Origin: Escherichia phage vB_EcoM_WL-3
Direction: 5' to 3' (one strand)
Sequence record: MT968995.1
DNA length: 64,000 nt
Shown: piece by piece, positions 17,668 through 26,540 of the stretch
Layout: every line of letters begins with the position of its first letter
Numbering within the stretch: position 1 is the stretch's first letter
The notes under the pieces: model-generated
Told to the model about the DNA's origin: nothing
Database searches by the model: none
Seen by the model: only the letters and a program-made list of their open reading frames with translations
Translations under genes and position numbers: made by a program

Positions 17668-17981
17668 TAAAAGAAACTTCTTTCACAATTTTTTCCACTG
17701 AACCATGCGCTTACCGCTTTCTTAGTCTCAGGAGCAGTGTTATCCATAAACCATTCAAAGGCAGCCTTTTTATGATTCTGGAGGGCTTCTCGGGCTTTAA
17801 TCTGCTCACGGTCTATTAACACTAACATATGAGCCTTTCTTGTCACCATGGGCTTCTTATGATTTTTTGAATACTCCCAGTCATTTGTCCATCGCATTGT
17901 CGTTGCGAATTGAAATACTGCTTCTTTAATCTTAGTTTCGTAAATTTCACGAGCCTTTGAGTATAACATCACTACCTCCAT
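17667..17981 (-). CDS. Hypothetical protein
   Basis: ORF track 104 aa. Confidence 0.5.
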   Translation of the reverse strand: MEVVMLYSKAREIYETKIKEAVFQFATTMRWTNDWEYSKNHKKPMVTRKAHMLVLIDREQIKAREALQNHKKAAFEWFMDNTAPETKKAVSAWFSGKNCERSFF

Positions 17982-18070
17982 TCACCAGTTTAATTCTAGT
18001 CATCTTTTTAATGGCAGTCCATATAATCTATTTCTGAACTGCCTTTTTGTCATAGAAGTCCTCTTATGAA

Positions 18071-19039
18071 TTATTTCAGAAGAGTAACCTCAGCAATTTC
18101 TTCCCAACCGTTTTTGTCGGTCATAATAAAGTCAGCAAGATAAAGAGCAGTACGTAGTGAAACATTGCGTAAACGATTAACATTAACTTTCATCCATGAT
18201 AATGCTTTATAAGTTTCTTCATCAGAAAGACCGCGCTTTTGCATCATGTCAGTTGAAAGAATAACATCTTCAACCCTGACCATAATTTCTTCATTAGTGT
18301 GAACACCCAAATCCAAATAAACTGAGCGGGACACTAATGCTTGTAAGTGTGGAGCAAGTTTAGTACCACGGTCTAATTCGCGGTCAATGTCAACGTTTGT
18401 GATAAAAACAATCGTTCCTTTAAATTCAAACTCACGGTCAATGCCTTTTTCTTCTAAGTAAGAAGATGCAGTGCTCCAGCAGACTTTACGGGTCTCTCCA
18501 GTGTCCAGAGCAGCTTTTAGAAGATTAAGAATGTCCATATCAGAGAAAACATCCACATCATCAATCAAAAGGACAGAATTCTCTTCACGATTATTCCAAA
18601 GCTGTTCATAAAGACCAATACCAGAGATTTTACCATTAATGCTTTTATATTCAATGTATCCATTATCATTTGCTTTATTTAAAGCTTTATCTAAAGAATA
18701 CGTTTTACCAATACCTGCTGCGCCAGAGATAATTAATGAACGAATGTTTCCGTTAATAATACCATTCGTCATCATTCCCATAACATTAAATCTTTTATTA
18801 ATGCGGGTTTTCATATCTTCATACGATTCTTTAACTTCTTCAACTTTTACACCATCATATGAAATGTCTGATTTGTAAACCCAAACACCGCGACGTTTAC
18901 CGTCAATTTCAACAAAAACTTTACCATCTCCTTGTGCATCTACTGGAGCATTATCTGGGAACCATTCGCCTAAGAGCTCAAAAGTTCCAGAGATTTCTTT
19001 ACCGAAGTAGATACCCTTATTGATAGTTACAGTTTTCAT
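18071..19039 (-). CDS. P-loop (AAA-type) ATPase
   Basis: Walker A GAAGIGKT, Walker B LLIDDVD; start moved to ATG 19039 (GGAG SD); upstream 40 codons of the track ORF are translated promoter. Confidence 0.7.
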   Translation of the reverse strand: MKTVTINKGIYFGKEISGTFELLGEWFPDNAPVDAQGDGKVFVEIDGKRRGVWVYKSDISYDGVKVEEVKESYEDMKTRINKRFNVMGMMTNGIINGNIRSLIISGAAGIGKTYSLDKALNKANDNGYIEYKSINGKISGIGLYEQLWNNREENSVLLIDDVDVFSDMDILNLLKAALDTGETRKVCWSTASSYLEEKGIDREFEFKGTIVFITNVDIDRELDRGTKLAPHLQALVSRSVYLDLGVHTNEEIMVRVEDVILSTDMMQKRGLSDEETYKALSWMKVNVNRLRNVSLRTALYLADFIMTDKNGWEEIAEVTLLK

Positions 19040-19070
19040 TTTATTCTCCAAATCCGTATCAGTTGATAGT

Positions 19071-19106
19071 TGTATAGTACCATAAAGCTTTATGCTTGTA
19101 AACAAT
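19071..19106 (-). promoter_or_regulatory. T4-type early promoter cassette (-35 GTTTACA, -10 TACTAT, A/T UP element)
   Basis: Minus-strand GTTTAC (19098-19103 rc), TACTAT (19074-19079 rc); near-identical copy at 32970-33005. Confidence 0.5.
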
Positions 19107-19135
19107 TTTGTGAAAAAATTTTTGAAATAAAAAAA

Positions 19136-19153
19136 GGGAGCCCGAAGGCTCCC
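19136..19153 (-). terminator. GC hairpin GGGAGCC-CGAA-GGCTCCC
   Basis: Perfect stem-loop immediately after the stop of ORF 19156-20202. Confidence 0.45.
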
Positions 19154-19155
19154 TA

Positions 19156-20202
19156 TCATTTATAATAACTTCGGTGGTTTTCAAGATAAACCTGTTCGAG
19201 GAAATTATTCCAAAAGCTCATATCTACTGTTTTAGGCATACCATTCTTAGAAGCTTCAGTAGATGCTGCTTCTACTTGATCGACCACATCTTCCAAAAAC
19301 TCTTGAACTGTTTTAAATGGATGTTTACCCAACTTCACGTCGAGAATAAATGGAGCATCTTGGAGTGGATAAACCAAGTCACCAGTTTTGTAAATTTCCA
19401 ATAGTTGAAGTCCACCACGACAAGCATGACTCAGAGCTTTCCAGTCAATACCTTCATTGGCTTCGGCCTTACGAGCACGTTCACCATATTCAGCATCTAA
19501 TTTGTTCAGTGACTGCTTAAGCTCAATAAGAGAAAGCGTTGTCTGATATTTACGACCCAACACTGTGTAGAACGTTTGTGGACCTGTTTTCTCATGATTA
19601 TGGAACACCCATTCACAGAATTCGTTTTCTGGAAGACGATGCTTAATATCTTCAACTTTAGTGCGACGCTGCTTAATAGAACCATCTTCTTGGTAATCAA
19701 CCCATTGCTCAGGGATTTGATTAACTACTTTCAATACATCACGTAATGCAGCCAAACGAGAACCCTTGACACCGTATTTAGAAGCTTGCTTGCGGACATA
19801 TCCTAAATATGATTTCATGTTAGTCGTATAAAAACGAGAACGGTTGTCTTGAATAAACTTCCACACATCAGGCAAATCAGATTTAACCACTAGTTCAGGT
19901 GGAGTGTGAAGCATATCCAACGCTACAGTTTCACCATCTGCCGCTAATTTAAAGAAATACTTAAGACTGTATAGTTCATGGTCAATATCATCTTTAGTGT
20001 TTTTAGATGATGTGTTGTTAGTGTTTTTACTCATATGCTCTTTAACATTTCCGATAAGAATATCACGAGCAGGAGGAACAAAGATTTCTTTAAAATCTAC
20101 ATCAGATTCTGGAGTAGAAGTTCCATAAAGATGACTACCAAAATAAGACTTAACTACAGTTTTCATTATTAGACCTTTCATAATCTTCATTAAATTGTAC
20201 AA
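19156..20202 (-). CDS. Putative nucleotidyltransferase (pol-beta superfamily motif GS-x10-DVD)
   Basis: 348 aa; motif YFGSHLYGTSTPESDVDFKEIF near N-terminus. Confidence 0.65.
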   Translation of the reverse strand: MYNLMKIMKGLIMKTVVKSYFGSHLYGTSTPESDVDFKEIFVPPARDILIGNVKEHMSKNTNNTSSKNTKDDIDHELYSLKYFFKLAADGETVALDMLHTPPELVVKSDLPDVWKFIQDNRSRFYTTNMKSYLGYVRKQASKYGVKGSRLAALRDVLKVVNQIPEQWVDYQEDGSIKQRRTKVEDIKHRLPENEFCEWVFHNHEKTGPQTFYTVLGRKYQTTLSLIELKQSLNKLDAEYGERARKAEANEGIDWKALSHACRGGLQLLEIYKTGDLVYPLQDAPFILDVKLGKHPFKTVQEFLEDVVDQVEAASTEASKNGMPKTVDMSFWNNFLEQVYLENHRSYYK

Positions 20203-20241
20203 TCAATCGATGATAATTAGATTTTGGATATCCTAATTTAC

Positions 20242-20931
20242 TTATATAAGTTCCGAATGAGACCCACGTTTAGGTCTATTTAATTTAATCCATAACTTAT
20301 AAAGTAAGTCATAGTCTTGCCAATGTTTACCAGTTCTTTGTCTAATTTTAGATGAATTTGATTGTTTCTTTTTAGTTTCAAAATTATTCAAAGATTTTTT
20401 GACTGCAGCAGAGTGTTTTTCTTTAACTCCCGGTCGTTTAAAAGCAGCTTTCACCCCTTTAGATATTTTTTCTTTAACTTCCGGTTTGTTTTGTGCTTCT
20501 AACTGGGATTCTGAAATTTTAGCCCTTATTTCAGGAAGACTTAATGTTATCGAACGTTTTTCTCTGTATTCATTAGACTTCCACATTTCTTTCATTGTAT
20601 TAGAATGTATTTTTGAAAATTTTTCTCTAACTAACTGATATCCTCTTGAAGTTAATTTGAGATTTCTTCCTAAAGAATCTTCTCCAAAATTATAAAATGA
20701 CCACCATGCATAAATTAATCCAGGCGAATTATAATGAATTTTAGCTAAAAGCCAATGGGCTATAAAATGCTCTCTAGCTGTTAATAAAACTAGATTATCA
20801 GAATCATCATTACCACCAATACAAGATGGAATAATATGATGCTTTTCCGTATAAAAATTTAATTTAGATTTATCTAATTTTCTGAGTTTTCCTTTCTTAA
20901 TTAAATTATTATATACTTTAGTATAATTCAT
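20242..20931 (-). CDS. mobD: Free-standing HNH homing endonuclease (mobD-like), a mobile element gene
   Basis: 229 aa; HNH motif EKHHIIPSCIGGNDDSDNLVLLTAREHFIAHW; basic C-terminal DNA-binding region; same location as T4 mobD. Confidence 0.75.
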   Translation of the reverse strand: MNYTKVYNNLIKKGKLRKLDKSKLNFYTEKHHIIPSCIGGNDDSDNLVLLTAREHFIAHWLLAKIHYNSPGLIYAWWSFYNFGEDSLGRNLKLTSRGYQLVREKFSKIHSNTMKEMWKSNEYREKRSITLSLPEIRAKISESQLEAQNKPEVKEKISKGVKAAFKRPGVKEKHSAAVKKSLNNFETKKKQSNSSKIRQRTGKHWQDYDLLYKLWIKLNRPKRGSHSELI

Positions 20932-21005
20932 TGGTTCTTCGTCTCATTTAATTTTGCTTTGCATTTATAACACATGTCTGTTCCACTTGAAATAAACATA
21001 TTTCC

Positions 21006-21563
21006 TCACTTTGAAATCATAGTTGGAATGACAGAATCAAGATAAGTCTTTAGCGCAATAGCTTCGTCTTTGGTAAATGTGACAATATGTGATCGAAAAT
21101 CATCAATTTGACGAATAGTTAAGACATCTCCCTCTTCATAACATTTTGATACATTTAAAAGAGTTTCATCATTCTGATTGCAATCGTTAGTAATAATAGC
21201 ATTGCAATTTTTAAACCATTTTAAACCATGTTTTCTTTCGTTAGAATAATAAAAATATTTAATTTTAGTTATAAAATTATCCCAATTATTAATTGATAAG
21301 CATATTGACTCGCTTTCAATGTTAAATCCTGGGCATGAAGAATAAAAATGAATTTTGTGCTCATCATTGATGCTTACTATTTTATCAGTATAAGGATATT
21401 CAATTTGGGTTAAATGAATGATTTCACTAGGCGTAAAATATAGCATATCGTCTTCTTGCGTCAAACGATACATATTATTTACTTTTTCTATAGCCAATTC
21501 GCCAAAAAGTGGACTAACTTCTAATACTAATCGTTTCATATTGATTCTCTTCGACTCACTCAC
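21006..21563 (-). CDS. Hypothetical protein
   Basis: 185 aa; GTG start with AAAGGAG SD (or ATG 21539). Confidence 0.55.
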   Translation of the reverse strand: MSESKRINMKRLVLEVSPLFGELAIEKVNNMYRLTQEDDMLYFTPSEIIHLTQIEYPYTDKIVSINDEHKIHFYSSCPGFNIESESICLSINNWDNFITKIKYFYYSNERKHGLKWFKNCNAIITNDCNQNDETLLNVSKCYEEGDVLTIRQIDDFRSHIVTFTKDEAIALKTYLDSVIPTMISK

Positions 21564-21565
21564 AA

Positions 21566-21670
21566 TTACATACTCCTTTGAATAATATCAATAATGTTGT
21601 TCACCAGATTATAAGTAAACATCGGATGATAATATTGAATCATCACATACACAACAAACAAAACTTTCAT
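21566..21670 (-). CDS. Hypothetical hydrophobic micro-protein (34 aa)
   Basis: Hand translation MKVLFVVYVMIQYYHPMFTYNLVNNIIDIIQRSM; GAGGAG SD; just downstream of an early promoter. Confidence 0.3.
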   Translation of the reverse strand: MKVLFVVYVMIQYYHPMFTYNLVNNIIDIIQRSM

Positions 21671-21695
21671 TCTCTTCTCCTCGGCAGATGGCAAG

Positions 21696-21731
21696 ATTAC
21701 TATACCATAACCTTGCCAACTTGTAAACCAT
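21696..21731 (-). promoter_or_regulatory. T4-type early promoter (-35 GTTTACA, -10 TATAGT)
   Basis: Minus-strand GTTTAC (21723-21728 rc), TATAGT (21699-21704 rc), 18-nt spacer. Confidence 0.45.
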
Positions 21732-21904
21732 TAAATGACGTTTTCAATAAAATTCTGAAGCTTTGTGTGAGCATCAACCATGATTTTCATTTCTTCCTTT
21801 GCGAAAGCTGTACCTCTTTCACGAGAAGAATACTCATAGTCAGAAACTGCATTAGCGTATTCTTCAATTAGCTTCATTAAAAACATCTGCTTTTCAGTTT
21901 TCAT
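21731..21904 (-). CDS. Hypothetical small protein (57 aa, below track cutoff)
   Basis: Hand translation MKTEKQMFLMKLIEEYANAVSDYEYSSRERGTAFAKEEMKIMVDAHTKLQNFIENVI; the plus-strand track ORF 21578-21871 is antisense to it. Confidence 0.35.
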   Translation of the reverse strand: MKTEKQMFLMKLIEEYANAVSDYEYSSRERGTAFAKEEMKIMVDAHTKLQNFIENVI

Positions 21905-22088
21905 TATTCCACCTAATCATTTCAAGATATTGAACTAACTTAGCTTTGGATTTATCCAAATCCTTTTTAGCTGCTTCTATACCATCGTATGAATATCCTT
22001 CACAATGCTCAACTGCCAATTGGTATGAATCTATTTCAATATCACGTGCTAATTTAATGATTTTTTCAAACTGTTCACGTGTTAGCAT
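21894..22088 (-). CDS. Hypothetical small protein
   Basis: ORF track 64 aa. Confidence 0.5.
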   Translation of the reverse strand: MLTREQFEKIIKLARDIEIDSYQLAVEHCEGYSYDGIEAAKKDLDKSKAKLVQYLEMIRWNNEN

Positions 22089-22090
22089 AC

Positions 22091-22294
22091 TTAAACTCTC
22101 GTATTATGATCGATAATTTCATCAAGAAACATATCTAAAGCTTCTACAGCATTATCAACTTTAGCTTCAAGTTCTTCAGCGCCTTTATTTGCAATGCCTG
22201 CCGAAAACCAAGCAAAGTCACTAAGTTCCTCATCTGCTTTGCGAATTAAAGCTACCAATTCTTTAATTTTATCTGCTTGTTCGATACTAATCAT
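22091..22294 (-). CDS. Hypothetical small acidic protein
   Basis: Track ORF trimmed to ATG overlapping the upstream stop (ATGA). Confidence 0.5.
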   Translation of the reverse strand: MISIEQADKIKELVALIRKADEELSDFAWFSAGIANKGAEELEAKVDNAVEALDMFLDEIIDHNTRV

Positions 22295-22482
22295 TATTCC
22301 ACCACATATGAAAGAGAGAATATTGCACACGCCATATGAGTTGCAGCTTCATCACACATATCATAACGTTTCTTAAGAAGTTCTACAAGTTCTTCACTTG
22401 TAACTTCATCCATGTCGACGAAAAAATCACCATTAATGATGACGTAAATATTTCCTTCTTGATTAAGTGCTTCAATTTTCAT
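22294..22482 (-). CDS. Hypothetical small protein
   Basis: Start moved to ATG 22482 with GAGGAG SD; early promoter upstream. Confidence 0.5.
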   Translation of the reverse strand: MKIEALNQEGNIYVIINGDFFVDMDEVTSEELVELLKKRYDMCDEAATHMACAIFSLSYVVE

Positions 22483-22508
22483 GATGTTCTCCTCTTTATC
22501 CGATGGTT

Positions 22509-22543
22509 GTATAGTATCACAACTCAAATGGAAAGTAAACCGG
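22509..22543 (-). promoter_or_regulatory. T4-type early promoter (-35 GTTTAC, -10 TACTAT) with flanking inverted repeat
   Basis: Minus-strand GTTTAC (22535-22540 rc), TACTAT (22512-22517 rc); GTTGT/ACAAC inverted repeat around -10. Confidence 0.45.
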
Positions 22544-22556
22544 TAAAATGAAAAAA

Positions 22557-22572
22557 GTCTCCCGAAGGAGAC
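22557..22572 (-). terminator. GC hairpin GTCTCC-CGAA-GGAGAC
   Basis: Stem-loop after the stop of ORF 22578-22964. Confidence 0.4.
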
Positions 22573-22577
22573 TAATG

Positions 22578-22964
22578 TTATTCGAGGGAAAGAAGATATT
22601 TGCTCTGGTAAAACATTCCAGTAATATCATCTATCGTGCTTTGAATGGCTGGAGGCATTTCTTTATAAATGCTGTTAGATTGGTCTAGTATGCGATCAAT
22701 CATTTTAATTGTGTCGGTAGGAAGTTTACTGGCATCTGGAATTGAAGGCGTGTATTTTCTACCAGAATACCCCAAATATTGCTCACCAAATTTATCAATC
22801 AAATCTGGCAACTCAGAGAAAATAAAATCGTATGCTTTGTGTCTAGCATAACTTTTAGTTTCAAAATGCGCAGAATGAAAATAAGCTTGTGCAGCCATTA
22901 ATAAACCTAAGTATTCATCTGCCTTTGAAGGTTTTCCACTTTGTGAAAAGTCGCTGAATTTCAT
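22578..22964 (-). CDS. Hypothetical protein adjacent to rI
   Basis: ORF track 128 aa. Confidence 0.6.
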   Translation of the reverse strand: MKFSDFSQSGKPSKADEYLGLLMAAQAYFHSAHFETKSYARHKAYDFIFSELPDLIDKFGEQYLGYSGRKYTPSIPDASKLPTDTIKMIDRILDQSNSIYKEMPPAIQSTIDDITGMFYQSKYLLSLE

Positions 22965-23254
22965 TCAGTCTCCAATTTAATGTTCATAATTCTAGCGTAT
23001 GATTGTGCCATCTCCGCGCCTCGCTCTATACATTCAAAATCAGAAGAGCACGGGTCATTTTTATAGGTCGTTCGCATAAAACTATAGAACTGTTTAGATG
23101 ATTCTACGCTTTTATTTTCAAAAAGCGTATAAACATGTCTAATACCAGATTCCATAAATTTATCAAAATGAGGATCGACATTCGCTTCAATCGGCGGAGA
23201 TAAAACAAACGCTAATCCTAGCATGGCGAATAGTGCCGCTGCTTTTAAGGCCAT
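22961..23254 (-). CDS. rI: Lysis-inhibition regulator rI (membrane/periplasmic)
   Basis: 97 aa; N-terminal signal-anchor MALKAAALFAMLGLAFVLSPPIEA; matches recalled T4 rI. Confidence 0.88.
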   Translation of the reverse strand: MALKAAALFAMLGLAFVLSPPIEANVDPHFDKFMESGIRHVYTLFENKSVESSKQFYSFMRTTYKNDPCSSDFECIERGAEMAQSYARIMNIKLETE

Positions 23255-23266
23255 AAAGGCCTCCTA

Positions 23267-23479
23267 TCATTTTTGTCCTGTATTTACTTTATGCCGATGC
23301 ACGGCCTTAACTTTATCAAGGTATTTTTCAAAATTTCGCAATCTAGTATAGTCTGCCGGAGATTGGTTGAGTGATACTTCTCGACGCAAAGCTGAAATGA
23401 TATTTCCAACTTCCCTACGAATTTCATCTAATTGAAGAACAGTAAGATTGCGAAGTTGCTTTTCAGTTAATTGTAGCAT
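23267..23479 (-). CDS. Hypothetical small protein
   Basis: ORF track 70 aa. Confidence 0.55.
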
Positions 23480-23521
23480 ATATACCCCTTTAGTTAGATA
23501 AACCTATTTATAACTTTTGCA

Positions 23522-24103
23522 CTAACCGAGCTTTTTAGTTAATTCATTCCAATGTTTTCTACACAAAGAAACATAAATTTCATCACCAATACAGATTTGA
23601 TTACCTTCTTTAACTGGTGTTCCATCTTCCATTAATCGAGCTGTCATAATCGCTTTTTTACCGCAATGACAAACTGCTTTTAGTTCAATAAGTTTATCTG
23701 CAATCGCCAAAAGTTCCTTAGAACCTTCAAATAATTTTCCAGCGAAATCAGTCCTTAGACCATAAGCCATAACAGGAACATTATATGTATCGACAATTCG
23801 GCTTAATTGATGCACCTGTTCAGTTTTTAAAAACTGTGCTTCATCTACAAATACACAATGAATATCTTTTTGTGCTTCAGCCCATTTATAGAACTCAAAA
23901 ATATTCATATCATCTGTAATAATATTCGCTTCCTGCTTAATTCCAATGCGAGAAACGACTTCACAGACAGAATCGCGAGTATCAATAGCAGGCTTAAGAA
24001 CTAATACACTCATTCCACGTTCTTTATAGTTATGGGCGGCAGTCAAAAGAGAAGCAGATTTTCCAGCATTCATTGCTGCATAAGTAAAAATTAAACTCGC
24101 CAT
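23522..24103 (-). CDS. tk: Thymidine kinase
   Basis: 193 aa; P-loop AAMNAGKS, Cys cluster CHCGKK...C; matches recalled T4 Tk. Confidence 0.93.
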   Translation of the reverse strand: MASLIFTYAAMNAGKSASLLTAAHNYKERGMSVLVLKPAIDTRDSVCEVVSRIGIKQEANIITDDMNIFEFYKWAEAQKDIHCVFVDEAQFLKTEQVHQLSRIVDTYNVPVMAYGLRTDFAGKLFEGSKELLAIADKLIELKAVCHCGKKAIMTARLMEDGTPVKEGNQICIGDEIYVSLCRKHWNELTKKLG

Positions 24104-24104
24104 C

Positions 24105-24293
24105 TTAGTCCTTAGTTAAATTTTCTAAATATGTTTCTAAATCATTTTCAGCTTTATCGATAGATTTTACTAATTCGTAGTATGTTTCAGCATCTCCATA
24201 ATCCGAAGCCAATTCAAAAGATAAATCTCGTTCTAAACTAATAATTTCGCTGATTAAAAATCGTATTTCATTCTTTTGTTCGCAAGTAATCAT
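24105..24293 (-). CDS. Hypothetical small acidic protein
   Basis: ORF track 62 aa. Confidence 0.5.
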   Translation of the reverse strand: MITCEQKNEIRFLISEIISLERDLSFELASDYGDAETYYELVKSIDKAENDLETYLENLTKD

Positions 24294-24496
24294 AAGGAAT
24301 TTATATAATCAATAAGTTCTTGTTCTTTATCGTCGAAATCTTTACATAGTTCTTCGTATTCGTCGGTATTAAAAGGACCGCATTCATCGCAAACTTTTTC
24401 CAATTCACTATTTTTATCCATAACTTCGTGAATAAGAGAAAACAGTCTGTCTTTTTGTTCTTTACTCAGACTCATAACCATGTAACCTTTAAGCAA
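24290..24496 (-). CDS. Hypothetical small acidic protein
   Basis: ORF track 68 aa. Confidence 0.5.
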   Translation of the reverse strand: MLKGYMVMSLSKEQKDRLFSLIHEVMDKNSELEKVCDECGPFNTDEYEELCKDFDDKEQELIDYINSL

Positions 24497-24684
24497 TATT
24501 CTTCTACATGTTGTTTACGACCTTTCTTATCAATAAAGGTATATTCAACGAATGTTCCAATGTAGTCTTTATCGACATCATGTGGACTATTAATTGGGCA
24601 TTTAGTACGGCAAATGCGTTCCCATTGACGAATAATTTCCGCTTTATTTTTAGGGTCAAACGGATGCGGGTAATGTACTTTCAT
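24472..24684 (-). CDS. Hypothetical small protein
   Basis: ORF track 70 aa. Confidence 0.5.
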   Translation of the reverse strand: MKVHYPHPFDPKNKAEIIRQWERICRTKCPINSPHDVDKDYIGTFVEYTFIDKKGRKQHVEEYCLKVTWL

Positions 24685-25135
24685 AATCCACCACTATTAA
24701 ATCAATATCAGGAGTAAACATGTCGATTAATTTAGAAACCTTATCCCAATCACCGCCAGCAATACCACAACCTATGCGTGGAATGTAAATTACTGGTTTA
24801 AACAAAAGGGTCTCTGCCTGTAGATTTAATTCTATCATGCAGTTTACTAAAGCACCATAATCAAGATTAGGACCCGGTTCGTATTGTGTATACAGGTTAT
24901 AGCATATACCAAATCCTGTAGGATTATGTTTAAAAACAATAGACATATCGCCTAATTTATCACGAGAACCGTACTCGGTAGTGGTTTTATCTATTTCTAA
25001 AATTTTAGGATAGGCCCTTGCTAATTGACCCGCTACACCTGAACCCATAGTATGAAAACAGTTGCACCCGTGCGCAATAATATTACCTTGAAGAAATAGG
25101 GCGACAATATCGCCCTTGATATATTTTACAATCAT
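24656..25135 (-). CDS. Macrodomain protein (TARG1/OARD1-like, putative ADP-ribose hydrolase)
   Basis: 159 aa; motifs KGDIVALF, AHGCNCFHTMGSGVAGQLA and PRIGCGIAGGDWDKV resemble TARG1-type macrodomains. Confidence 0.65.
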   Translation of the reverse strand: MIVKYIKGDIVALFLQGNIIAHGCNCFHTMGSGVAGQLARAYPKILEIDKTTTEYGSRDKLGDMSIVFKHNPTGFGICYNLYTQYEPGPNLDYGALVNCMIELNLQAETLLFKPVIYIPRIGCGIAGGDWDKVSKLIDMFTPDIDLIVVDYESTLPASV

Positions 25136-25473
25136 CTAGTACTCAATCCTCGATTATAAGAATCTACCAAACGGTCAACCATTGAATGACAAGCGGCTTT
25201 ATCTTTCTCCTCCGCAACTGAACATTCTAAGGTATTCCACTTTTTAGCATATCGTTTTAATAAAGTATCGTTCTTGTATCTACTTGATTTATCTCTTTCT
25301 CCGTCTTTATATGCATATATTAATTTCTGCGCAAATTCAGCTTGGCATGCTTTATTTTTCCCACAATAATCCGCGGCAGTACGGTTTACATACTCTCTAA
25401 TTTCAGTGTATGATGTATTTGCTAACGCAGAAAATGAAATTAATCCTATACATAAAACCAAAATTTTAGTCAT
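25132..25473 (-). CDS. Hypothetical secreted/periplasmic protein (signal peptide)
   Basis: 113 aa; N-terminal MTKILVLCIGLISFSALA; four Cys. Confidence 0.55.
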   Translation of the reverse strand: MTKILVLCIGLISFSALANTSYTEIREYVNRTAADYCGKNKACQAEFAQKLIYAYKDGERDKSSRYKNDTLLKRYAKKWNTLECSVAEEKDKAACHSMVDRLVDSYNRGLSTR

Positions 25474-26011
25474 TTACTATTTCCAAAAGTTTATTATTTT
25501 TAAGGTAATTAGCCTTTTCTAGGACTTCAGAAGCATATTTAGAACCAGCTTTAACATTCCATCCCGAATTATAAGAGGATATTGCTTTTCTTATATCGCC
25601 CTTATGTATATTTAACCAATAAGAAAGTTCAATGTACGCCCAGGAAGCTGAATTGGACCGTTTATTCAACATTCTTTTTATTTCAGCATCGGTCATATTA
25701 TAACCAAGTTCCTTGACTCTCGCTCGCATAGTAGGCAAATAATTTTGGAACATTCCATAGGCATGATGCTTTGGTTTAGATTTTAAATTAACTCCGCCAG
25801 AGCTTTCTTGCCATAAAATAGCAGCCATTATATGACCTAATCCGCTCTTGTGGATATTTTTGTGTGTTTTATATTTTCCATCCTTAGAAAATTGTTCCCC
25901 GAATTGATACGCGTAACGCATGTTATCGAGTTGGACATTACTGAAAGTATGCTCGGAGCTATGTGCCATCATTGAAATGGCCAATAGACCAGCGAGTAGT
26001 GCTTTTCTCAT
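25466..26011 (-). CDS. Secreted lytic-transglycosylase-like protein
   Basis: 181 aa; signal peptide; SLT-like motif AAILWQESSGG. Confidence 0.65.
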   Translation of the reverse strand: MRKALLAGLLAISMMAHSSEHTFSNVQLDNMRYAYQFGEQFSKDGKYKTHKNIHKSGLGHIMAAILWQESSGGVNLKSKPKHHAYGMFQNYLPTMRARVKELGYNMTDAEIKRMLNKRSNSASWAYIELSYWLNIHKGDIRKAISSYNSGWNVKAGSKYASEVLEKANYLKNNKLLEIVND

Positions 26012-26018
26012 GCTTACC

Positions 26019-26480
26019 TCATTGAGTTTTAATTACTGCTTTAGAAGCCTTTCCTGGTAAACGACGACTATTGATAATTGCCATCCTGCATTGAAGCGAC
26101 GGGTCTTTGAACTTCGCATTAGGTTTACAAACTGTAAATCCAAGCCAAAGATTTCCATCTGTGATTTCTAAACGTCCAGGACGGTATTCAACCCCATCAA
26201 TAAAATCCTCATCAATGTCAGGACGCGGAGGCATACTCAGGAATTCATTAACTTCTAAAACATGGTCTTTTATTTTGTGGAATAATTCAAAAACATATGT
26301 CTCATCAATCTCCCGTTGAATTGCACGATCAAGAAGATGCTGAGAATATTTTAGATGAAACGATGAGACCCCTGCTGCTTTTGATGCCTCACGAATCTCA
26401 TTGTTAATTTGACGAAACTCCGACTCAAAGTGACGACGAAGCTTATTTCGACGGATAAAAACTTCTGTATTGATAGTCAT
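26019..26480 (-). CDS. regB: Site-specific endoribonuclease RegB
   Basis: 153 aa; length and position match T4 RegB. Confidence 0.8.
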   Translation of the reverse strand: MTINTEVFIRRNKLRRHFESEFRQINNEIREASKAAGVSSFHLKYSQHLLDRAIQREIDETYVFELFHKIKDHVLEVNEFLSMPPRPDIDEDFIDGVEYRPGRLEITDGNLWLGFTVCKPNAKFKDPSLQCRMAIINSRRLPGKASKAVIKTQ

Positions 26481-26504
26481 GTTGTTCTCCTCTTAACTGA
26501 TAGA

Positions 26505-26540
26505 AAAATTATACCACAGTCAAGAGGAAAAGTAAACAGT
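26505..26540 (-). promoter_or_regulatory. T4-type early promoter (-35 GTTTAC, -10 TATAAT)
   Basis: Minus-strand GTTTAC (26532-26537 rc), TGGTATAAT (26508-26513 rc), 18-nt spacer, upstream of regB. Confidence 0.5.

Noticed and set aside
18951-19159. N-terminal extensions of track ORFs 18071-19159 and 32666-33049 that share the peptide FFTKLFTS...GTIQLST
   Set aside because: The shared peptide is the translation of duplicated early-promoter cassettes, not coding sequence; the true starts are internal ATGs with SD at 19039 and 32929.
21578-21871. Plus-strand 97-aa ORF in the mobD-rI interval
   Set aside because: The minus strand here holds an early promoter and two micro-ORFs with SD sequences; the plus ORF has no RBS and runs against local transcription.
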